Source: Candidatus Poribacteria bacterium (GTDB taxonomy: Bacteria > Poribacteria > WGA-4E > WGA-3G). From it: DNA of 64,000 nt. A program made the position numbers and the translations under genes. The notes under the pieces were generated by a model. That model had not been told where the DNA came from, ran no database searches, and saw only the letters and a program-made list of their open reading frames with translations. The stretch is from NCBI GenBank assembly GCA_963665235.2, contig CAXXLX010000001.1:1280001-1344000 (forward strand). Reading direction: 5' to 3'. Shown piece after piece: positions 28,802 to 36,025 of the stretch. The stretch's first letter is position 1. Each line of letters opens with the position of its first letter.

Positions 28802-29719
28802 TTACACCTTAAAGAATGCATCAACAGTTTCCTCCTGTTGTGCGAGTTTATTTAGTTGTCTACGTCTGCGATTCCAGCAGACGAGGTAGCCGAGGAGTGC
28901 TAAGGCCCCAAGGCCTCCCCAGAGGACGTAGGGACTAGATAGGAGTGCTGCCCAATGATAACGTTTCGGCAGGGAAGCCCGCCAGAGTTCATCATAGGTT
29001 GCCAAGTCGTAACCGAGGACTATTTCAAAAGCGGTGTTGAGACTATTTCCAAGATGGAGCTGTTCAATAAGTGCCCATAACGTTCCATTGCCGTTTTCTT
29101 CAACCAACCATCGGAGTGCGTCTTGGCTTTGTGCATAGGCTAAGTCTGCTCCGGTTGCGGACTTCGGAAATCGCTTGGTTAGCTCGTGGAGCGGTCTGAT
29201 AGATTTTGCGAAAACGTTTTTCAGCAAAGTTTCATGGCGACTCGGTACCCACTCCTTCGAGAAGTAGATAGCGATGCCTTCTACAAACCATAACGGGATT
29301 TCTTTAGCAGCCTTTCGCGTATACTGCCCAAAGAGCACATGCGCGATTTCGTGACGCAGGACCTGTGCTAGCTGAAGTTCCGCTAAGGCAATCTCTGTTG
29401 GGTTTTTTATAATGATACGTCGACTTAACGGAAATGCACACCCGACTGCCCAGTCCTGAATGGGGGCATGGACGGAGGCCTGAAACGCCTTTTGTGTATC
29501 ACAGACCCAAATGTCGATGACTTCCGCTGGCATCCGGTGTGTGAAACCGGACATTTCGGCATAGAATCCTTCAGCAATCTCAAGAATGCCCGTAGGGTCA
29601 ACTGTCTTTGATTGATAGTAGATGCGGAAGTGCTGACTTTCTGCTAATTTCCAAGAGGCATTTGCCGAAAACAGCGGGAAAAGCAATAAGAGAAAAACAA
29701 CACTTTTTATTCGGCTCAT
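28802..29719 (-). CDS. Peptidase MA-like zinc metalloprotein with C-terminal TM
   Basis: HEIAH and PLWFVEGIA motifs; signal peptide. Confidence 0.85.
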   Translation of the reverse strand: MSRIKSVVFLLLLFPLFSANASWKLAESQHFRIYYQSKTVDPTGILEIAEGFYAEMSGFTHRMPAEVIDIWVCDTQKAFQASVHAPIQDWAVGCAFPLSRRIIIKNPTEIALAELQLAQVLRHEIAHVLFGQYTRKAAKEIPLWFVEGIAIYFSKEWVPSRHETLLKNVFAKSIRPLHELTKRFPKSATGADLAYAQSQDALRWLVEENGNGTLWALIEQLHLGNSLNTAFEIVLGYDLATYDELWRASLPKRYHWAALLSSPYVLWGGLGALALLGYLVCWNRRRRQLNKLAQQEETVDAFFKV

Positions 29720-29733
29720 CGTACATGTTCTAC

Positions 29734-31002
29734 CTACGGTTCCACGAGAGTGCCCATAAACAGCACTGTTTCTGTCTCGTTATCACAAATTGCGAAGAAA
29801 AACGGACGGTCGGCGATGAATTCCGGTGGGGGCGGGGGAATTGATGTGACAGCAACACCTATTGTTGTCGCTGCTGCAGCTTCAGTGCCCTCCTCGTTGA
29901 CCTCTACAAATGCTTTATGCTCAACTTTGGAGATAAACAAATTACTTTCTAAACTTGCCCCATCAGGGAGCATCCGGCTGAAGTCTGCTCTCTCTCGCTG
30001 GAATGCTATTCCCATACCGAGCGTCTCCAAAACGTCTGTAAGCCCGGTTCCATATTCCAATTTAAATTTTGGTATTTGGACACGCACCTCTAGTGTATGT
30101 AATTGTGAAATCCAATTTTTCCAACGGGTCGCGTTCAACGTCTTTAAAAAGCTGTTGAGGTTAGACTCACGAGCAGGCAGGAAAATATACATACTCATCC
30201 TTCCATCGCCGTAAGGGAGGCTGATTGCTTGGAAATCTTCTGTCTCATAGTACGGATAATCGCCTGTTCTTGTCATCATCGGGACCTGTTTTTCGTCGCC
30301 GGTTGTGAGGTAAAAAGGGCCATCGCGTGTGTCTGCTGGGTCAAATTCGGTTTGCCATGTTCCTTTGAAATAGATAGCATTAATCAGGAATAGGACCTCA
30401 TCGGCTGATATTTGTTCAAGAATTTTTGGAATTTTACCGTTGGTATTGGTATCTACCCATTGATTAATTGTTTTGAGAGAATTTTCTTCGTCTGTAAAAT
30501 CGAGTGATGCGATTTCGGCTCCGAAGAATTGGGTGTTTCGCTGCAGGAAATCGGAGTTGAAGGTGAAATCTTGGCGGGTCCAGAGCGAGTTTGCTATCGT
30601 GAGTCGGACTTTCGGGTCTGATACTAGAAGTGTTTGATGTAATCGCGCATAGTCTAGGTTAATCGCGTCAGCATCGATGCTTTGTAGTTGTAAGGTGTTA
30701 ATCATCGCCTGTTCGGTTTCGCCTGCTGCGCCGTTTAGTGCCATTGCTAAAGCAACGGAAATGCTGAACGGGGAGATAAAGATATTTTGATTTTCCTCGG
30801 TTTTTCGGATTTCGTTGAATAGGTTAAAACCAAATTTTGTGTTAGCCGCTACGACATCTGAATTAATGGGGCCGGTCAAATTCACCTTATCTGGAATATC
30901 CGCGTCACGCGCGCAGCCGATGCAGATAGATAGCATCAAGCTGCACATCACGAGGATAATGCTTAATGTATACCGGGGTTTAAATTCTTTCATTTTGAGC
31001 AT
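29734..31002 (-). CDS. Serpin family protease inhibitor (lipoprotein)
   Basis: NIFISPFS, INAIYFKGTW, EVNEEGTEAAAAT hinge, FIADRPFFF; lipobox CIG-C. Confidence 0.95.
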   Translation of the reverse strand: MLKMKEFKPRYTLSIILVMCSLMLSICIGCARDADIPDKVNLTGPINSDVVAANTKFGFNLFNEIRKTEENQNIFISPFSISVALAMALNGAAGETEQAMINTLQLQSIDADAINLDYARLHQTLLVSDPKVRLTIANSLWTRQDFTFNSDFLQRNTQFFGAEIASLDFTDEENSLKTINQWVDTNTNGKIPKILEQISADEVLFLINAIYFKGTWQTEFDPADTRDGPFYLTTGDEKQVPMMTRTGDYPYYETEDFQAISLPYGDGRMSMYIFLPARESNLNSFLKTLNATRWKNWISQLHTLEVRVQIPKFKLEYGTGLTDVLETLGMGIAFQRERADFSRMLPDGASLESNLFISKVEHKAFVEVNEEGTEAAAATTIGVAVTSIPPPPPEFIADRPFFFAICDNETETVLFMGTLVEP

Positions 31003-31006
31003 GCTC

Positions 31007-31972
31007 CTATTTTTTGTAAAGATGCGCTACAGACTCACCGTAGCCGTTGTATATCACTGTCGGATGTCTTTCCCGAGTGCCAATCATCCATTCGGTTGCT
31101 TGCGACCAGCGCGGGTGCGGTACGTTGGGATTGACGTTCGCTTCAAAGCCGTATTCCCCCGGAATCAGCACGTTCCAGAAATTTCTGGGTTTACGATTAG
31201 TGAGCTCAATGCTGACAATGGATTTGATACTTTTAAATCCGTATTTCCAGGGTACAATCAGTCGGATAGGCGCGCCGTGTTGGGGCGGCAAGATATGTCC
31301 GTAGATGCCGACGACGAGCAGCGTTAGCTCGTTCATCGCTTCTGCAAGTGTTAACCCCTCAAAATAGGGCCACGGCATTCGTTTATCTCTCTGCTGCGGT
31401 GCTATATCGGGGTCTAAAAACGTGGTCATCCGTACGTATTTCGCTGAGGATTTCGGTTGGACCTTTTCAAGGAGTGCTTTCATCGGAAACCCTATCCATG
31501 GCACTACCATCGCCCACGTTTCGACACAGCGAAAACGGTAGATACGTTCTTCAAGCGGCATCTGTTTGATTAATTCATCCACATCTAAGGTCATGGGCTT
31601 TTCGACGAGTCCAGATATTTTAATTTCCCACGGCCGCGTTTTAAAACGTTCAACCCTTTTCCAGACGGTACTTTTAGAACTTGTGAACTCATAAAAGTTG
31701 TTGTAAGTTGCAGCGACAATCTCATCGGTCATCTGGCGGGTGACGGTATAGTCCGCGTTTTTCTCCGCCTCAAGGGGGAGTGCTTGATAAGGTGCAAGCT
31801 GTTTTGCCACCGTGTTCGCCTGCGCGGAGGCGTTTGTACCGAAAAGCGACAAAGCACCAGCCCCTGCTATGCCAAGGTCTTTGATGAACTTCCTGCGGTT
31901 TATGTAATCGGATTCAGGGGTGACCTGGTTTTCTGGGATTTCCCATCCCTTGGGAATTTTTATGTATGCCAT
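31007..31972 (-). CDS. msrP: Protein-methionine-sulfoxide reductase catalytic subunit
   Basis: Tat motif NRRKFIK, YNNFYEF, ERIYRFRCVETW, GAPIRLIVPWKYGFKSIK. Confidence 0.95.
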   Translation of the reverse strand: MAYIKIPKGWEIPENQVTPESDYINRRKFIKDLGIAGAGALSLFGTNASAQANTVAKQLAPYQALPLEAEKNADYTVTRQMTDEIVAATYNNFYEFTSSKSTVWKRVERFKTRPWEIKISGLVEKPMTLDVDELIKQMPLEERIYRFRCVETWAMVVPWIGFPMKALLEKVQPKSSAKYVRMTTFLDPDIAPQQRDKRMPWPYFEGLTLAEAMNELTLLVVGIYGHILPPQHGAPIRLIVPWKYGFKSIKSIVSIELTNRKPRNFWNVLIPGEYGFEANVNPNVPHPRWSQATEWMIGTRERHPTVIYNGYGESVAHLYKK

Positions 31973-32019
31973 CGGAGGCTCCTCTGTTGTGATTTGTTAA
32001 CTCAAACGTTCTGAATTCA

Positions 32020-32048
32020 ATTATACACGTTTTTCGCTATTGGTGCAA
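32020..32048 (-). promoter_or_regulatory. Sigma70-type promoter for the msrP operon
   Basis: Minus strand TTGCAC-17 nt-TATAAT. Confidence 0.6.
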
Positions 32049-32119
32049 CTTTTTTTGTGGGTGACATAGGATTATTTAGTTCTCGATATTTTTGACCGTT
32101 TTCTCAACACCCCTCTTAT

Positions 32120-32260
32120 GTAGGAGCGTGCTGTGCACGCGATATTGCGCCTCCATATTTTCAATGGTCCTCTTATAGTATTCGGTGCGAAGCACCGCTC
32201 CTCAAGAGCGTGCCGTGCACGCGATATTAAGGAATTGGCTGCTTGCCCGAATACTAGAGG
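32120..32260. repeat. REP/MITE-like cluster; end motif also present at 19013-19038
   Basis: gagcgtgcygtgcacgcgatatt twice (32124, 32206); IR tagtattcgg/ccgaatacta; 20-bp ggctgcttgcccgaatacta identical at 19013 and 32237. Confidence 0.65.
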
Positions 32261-32326
32261 AATATATACATATATAAAGTAAATTTATAAAACTAGACGG
32301 GTGTGTAAAGTTTTTGTACAAAACCG

Positions 32327-32778
32327 GTGCATAAGTTACACTTTTGACACAAAGTGTAACTTATGGTTTTGTGTATTGCATGTGTGTGAACGCACGCCTA
32401 GTCTATGTTTGTAAGCGGTTTTGCCCTCTCTTTTTCGCGACACAAAAAAAACGCGTTGTGTCATTTCGACCGCCGATTTCGGGTATCAGTTCTGCGGAGT
32501 TTTCTTACCGTTTTGCCTCCTACTTTTTTGTGCGGTTTGTGTGCATAAGTTACACTTTTGACACAAAGTGTAACTTATGGTTTTGTGTATTGCATGTGTG
32601 TGAACGCACGCCCAGTCTATGTTTGTAAGCGGTTTTGCCCTCTCTTTTTCGCGACACAAAAAAAACGCGTTGTGTCATTTCGACCGCCGATTTCGGGTAT
32701 CAGTTCATCAGACTTTTCGGTCTGTTCTGCCTCCTATTTTTTGTGCTATTTGTGGGCAAATGTTACACTTTTGACACA
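32327..32778. repeat. Direct tandem repeat of about 214 bp (2 full copies plus 1 partial), each full copy starting with a 15-bp perfect palindrome
   Basis: Copies at 32327, 32541 and about 32754; cataagttacacttt-tgacac-aaagtgtaacttatg. Confidence 0.9.
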
Positions 32779-32855
32779 CGCTATCGATGTCTGGTCAGGT
32801 GAGTTGCAAACCGTGCCGCTTTCCTCCGAAAAATGTTTTGGTTCTCTGTTATGTT

Positions 32856-33070
32856 ATACCATTTTTATTAATTATTCTATCATTACCGGTTGTTAGAAAT
32901 CAAACGGAGAACGGAAGACACAAACTGGAAGTTTATGCTACAATAAAGAGCACAAACTGGAAGTTTATGCTACAATAAAGAGCACAAACTGGAAGTTTAT
33001 GCTACTACAAAAATGCACAAACTGGAAGTTTATGCTACAAGAAAGAGACATTTTCAATTAGAAATGGTAT
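32856..33070. mobile_element. Nested MITE carrying four 23-bp repeats
   Basis: Ends ataccattt / aaatggtat; cacaaactggaagtttatgctac at 32919, 32951, 32983 and 33016. Confidence 0.7.
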
Positions 33071-33151
33071 TAGTTGCGAACTGTTTGATTTTTCTTCATA
33101 AAAAATATCGCAGACGTACAAAAACTTTACACACCCTTTCAAATTCTTTTT

Positions 33152-33181
33152 TTGCAACTTTTTGAGATTTTGGTGTATAAT
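33152..33181 (+). promoter_or_regulatory. Sigma70-type promoter for the 33242-37561 operon
   Basis: TTGCAA-18 nt-TATAAT. Confidence 0.55.
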
Positions 33182-33241
33182 GTTAAAAAATGTTTTGTTT
33201 AGGTGTCGACTAGCTGACGAAATAGCGGAGTTTATTGAACG

Positions 33242-33670
33242 ATGTTACAGAAACACAAACACATCCTCATCTTACTTACGGCATTGGTGTACGTTTATTC
33301 CGTATGCCCGTTTCTCTGTGCGACTTTTGAAGAGAAGGTGTGCCATAACACCTCTCAAGAAATGTTGACAGGGGATGCTGGCTGTTGCCAGAAGGCGACC
33401 ACAGATGCCACGGGTGAGTCTGATACGGCATCAGAAAATGGAAAATTGTGTTGCACTCCCGTGCTAGAACTTATCCTGCTGGATGATACGCCTAATAGGG
33501 TTAATGTTCGTGAATTGAGTGGGCAGTATTTCGTTTTTACTGTTCCGCTTGTTGCAATTCCGTCGATTTCGCAGGCGAGGTTGCCGCGCTTTTTGTCCCT
33601 ACCCGCATTATACACATCTACCCCGAATTGCACGATATCCCGCCGGGGCCCTCCATATACGCACGTATAG
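33242..33670 (+). CDS. Cys-rich exported leader protein with C-terminal RGPP arrest motif (DUF2946/CruR-like)
   Basis: Hydrophobic N-terminus, CPFLC, two CC pairs, ends ISRRGPPYTHV. Confidence 0.7.
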   Translation: MLQKHKHILILLTALVYVYSVCPFLCATFEEKVCHNTSQEMLTGDAGCCQKATTDATGESDTASENGKLCCTPVLELILLDDTPNRVNVRELSGQYFVFTVPLVAIPSISQARLPRFLSLPALYTSTPNCTISRRGPPYTHV

Positions 33671-33776
33671 GCAGCTCTCTGCCATCAATTTCTCTTTCCG
33701 CTCCCATGTTTGCACGGGGGAATTCGCGGAAAGTCGTCTACTTTTAATTCAAACCTAATCATTTTTTTATGGAGGT

Positions 33777-33890
33777 CAGGACTTACGCATCGCGTTGATA
33801 AACCCTTATGATAGTGGGATTTAGAGGGAGACCTAGCGGGCGGGGGGACCCCGCCCCTACAAGGTTCCTGCTAAATTTGCGTAAGTCCTA
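33777..33890. mobile_element. 114-bp MITE with 13-bp TIR, internal REP-like hairpin and 6-bp flanking direct repeat GGAGGT
   Basis: ggaggt|caggacttacgca...gggcggggggaccccgcccctac...tgcgtaagtccta|ggaggt. Confidence 0.85.
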
Positions 33891-33902
33891 GGAGGTATAA
33901 CA

Positions 33903-34943
33903 ATGCAACCCCAGAATTTCACGTTTTTGAAGTTTTTATCGCGATATTTTACAGTAGCACTCGCTATTAGCTTGCTGCTTTTTATTGAAATAGGTGCAGC
34001 TCAGGAGCAGGGTGCCCACGCCGGCCACAAAGCAGCGAACGGCTCATCTCTCAACGTTGCCCTTCACACCGAACCGAACACTGTTCAGGTTGGAACTCCG
34101 ACATCTCTGACGTTTCACCTTACCGATGCAAAAGGTGAACCGTTCACGGACCTTTTGGTACATCACGAGCGCGTTCTGCATGTGCTTATTGTTAGCGAGA
34201 ATTTGCAAATCATCGGCCATGTTCATCCCGAAGATTTTGAATCGCGGGATATGCTGGCAGAGTTAGCGGGGCACTATACGGTGCACTTTACGTTTCCGAC
34301 TGCAGGCCGCTATATTGTGGCAATAGATGTGATGACAGCGGAGGCAGAATTTTCCAAATATCTGTATGTAGATGTGAAAGGCACGCCGAAAATGACCGAG
34401 ATGCTCCGCGATTTTCGCCGAGCAAAAGCCATTCGCGGCTATACCGATGAAGGTGGTGACCGATATACTAAAGCGGTATCCGTAACGGAAACAGAGAGCA
34501 CGGCCGAAGCGGTGTATCATGTGAAAATGGAAACCCCTAAACAGATTCGGGCAGGTGAGATGGTGACGATTGGCTACCATTTCTCGCGCAATGGAAAACC
34601 GCTTACCGACCTCGTTCCGTTTTTGGATGCCCCGATGCATTTCGCAATTGTGAGCACCCGTTTAGATGGTGTGATACATACACACGGCAACGTGCCATCT
34701 AATAAACATGACGCGCATGGGACGAAGAAACAGGCGCAGCATGCGGGACATACAGGGCACGAGGTGCACAAAACACCGAAAGGGAAACATGAGCATCAGA
34801 GTGCTACGCCAGAGAAATTTGGTCCCACGGTGAATCTTATGACGATGTTTCCAAAGGCTGGCGTTTATCAAATTTTCGGGCAACTCAAACACACCAATCA
34901 GATTCTGTGGCTCAGTTTCATGGTTGAAGTTGTTAGCAAGTAG
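33903..34943 (+). CDS. Secreted His-rich two-domain putative heavy-metal-binding protein
   Basis: Signal peptide; HHERVLHVLIVS..HVHP and PFLDAPMHFAIVS..HTHG duplicated domains; His-rich loop. Confidence 0.7.
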   Translation: MQPQNFTFLKFLSRYFTVALAISLLLFIEIGAAQEQGAHAGHKAANGSSLNVALHTEPNTVQVGTPTSLTFHLTDAKGEPFTDLLVHHERVLHVLIVSENLQIIGHVHPEDFESRDMLAELAGHYTVHFTFPTAGRYIVAIDVMTAEAEFSKYLYVDVKGTPKMTEMLRDFRRAKAIRGYTDEGGDRYTKAVSVTETESTAEAVYHVKMETPKQIRAGEMVTIGYHFSRNGKPLTDLVPFLDAPMHFAIVSTRLDGVIHTHGNVPSNKHDAHGTKKQAQHAGHTGHEVHKTPKGKHEHQSATPEKFGPTVNLMTMFPKAGVYQIFGQLKHTNQILWLSFMVEVVSK

Positions 34944-34978
34944 GCGTAATCCTGGATTGCGTCTTAAGGAGGTTACAG

Positions 34979-35956
34979 ATGTTTTCTCAAATTTACCGTC
35001 CACTCTGGATATTTATCCTTTTGGCAGGTGTTTTGCTAATGGTAAGTATGCCGATGCAAGGCGATGCCCATGAGAAGGAGTGGCCAGGGCAGAAACTTAA
35101 GGCTTTTTTTCCGATGGCAAAGAAATTTGTTCAGCGAAGTGTCGTGCTTACGTCGGCTAAAATTGCTGCTATTGAGAAGGAGCTCGGCAGTAAACTCCGG
35201 AAGGAGGACCATAAACCGGTGTTTTATATTTCGCTCAATGCGAAGAATAGGCCAATAGGCTTGGTGCTGTTTGCTGATACACAGGGGCCGCGCGGCACAA
35301 TTGATGGCGCAGTCGGCTTGGACATGAAGGGGAAGATTGTGAAAGTGGCGGTCTATGAACACAAGGAGTCGGATGCAATTGCATCAGAGAAATTTTTGAA
35401 GCAGTTCATCGGCATGGATATAGACAGCACTTTCAAGGTGGGCAAGGATGTTAAAGCGGTTAAGGGGCAAGAGGCAGCATCAGAAGCGGTTGCACTGCTT
35501 CCGAAAAAGACGTTAATTATGAGCTATGCCCTCTTCCTCAAACGGAAACCGAAACCGAAGGCGGAAAAGCAACCGCAGACCGATGCCCAAAAGGATGAGA
35601 TGCCTGAAGTGGAAGACCTGAAGGAGCTTATGATGTTGATGGTGGATGCATATCTCAACATCGTTGACTACTTTGAGACTGGCAAGGACAAAGCGAAAGC
35701 GGTCGCTGCGGCGAAACAGCTCGTCACGTACGCGAAAGGCATCGGAGCGTTTGAACCCCCGAAAAATGCTGAACAGGCTAAGGAATATGCCGCGCTTCAC
35801 AAAAAGTTCGGCAAAACTCTCACGGAATTCGCTAAAAAGCTTGAGCAGGACGGTATTTCTGATGAGACGCGCAAACAGTGGAAGGCTATCGTCGCGTTAG
35901 TGAATCAGGCACACCGCCAGTTTAGCGAAGAAGAGGTTGACCTTGAGGCATATTAA
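34979..35956 (+). CDS. Secreted FMN-binding-domain-like protein with C-terminal helical (cytochrome c'-like) domain
   Basis: GAVGLDMKGKIVKVAVYEHKE..FLKQFIG FMN_bind pattern; canonical SGAT replaced by KGQE; helical C-terminus ending VNQAHRQF. Confidence 0.6.
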   Translation: MFSQIYRPLWIFILLAGVLLMVSMPMQGDAHEKEWPGQKLKAFFPMAKKFVQRSVVLTSAKIAAIEKELGSKLRKEDHKPVFYISLNAKNRPIGLVLFADTQGPRGTIDGAVGLDMKGKIVKVAVYEHKESDAIASEKFLKQFIGMDIDSTFKVGKDVKAVKGQEAASEAVALLPKKTLIMSYALFLKRKPKPKAEKQPQTDAQKDEMPEVEDLKELMMLMVDAYLNIVDYFETGKDKAKAVAAAKQLVTYAKGIGAFEPPKNAEQAKEYAALHKKFGKTLTEFAKKLEQDGISDETRKQWKAIVALVNQAHRQFSEEEVDLEAY

Positions 35957-35967
35957 CCGTTGGAAAC

Positions 35968-36001
35968 GCGTAGGGCGGGTTTTGACATCCGCCCTGCACG
36001 C
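35968..36001. repeat. REP-like intercistronic hairpin
   Basis: gtagggcgggttttgacatccgccctgc. Confidence 0.55.
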
Positions 36002-36025
36002 TTTTACTCAAAAAAGGAGTTTATC

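Larger units (their letters stand above)
32299..33136. mobile_element. Non-autonomous element with perfect 21-bp TIRs
   Basis: gggtgtgtaaagtttttgtac (32299-32319) / gtacaaaaactttacacaccc (33116-33136); no transposase ORF and no clear TSD. Confidence 0.75.

Noticed and set aside
32320-32350. dif/Xer site
   Set aside because: The ggtgcataa half resembles a XerC arm, but there is no TTATGTTAAAT-like XerD arm
32344-32896. Duplicated ORFs MTQSVTYG..
   Set aside because: By-products of the 214-bp repeat; no RBS and no protein-like features
32919-33038. CRISPR array
   Set aside because: Linkers are only 9-10 nt, two are identical, and there are no cas genes in the window
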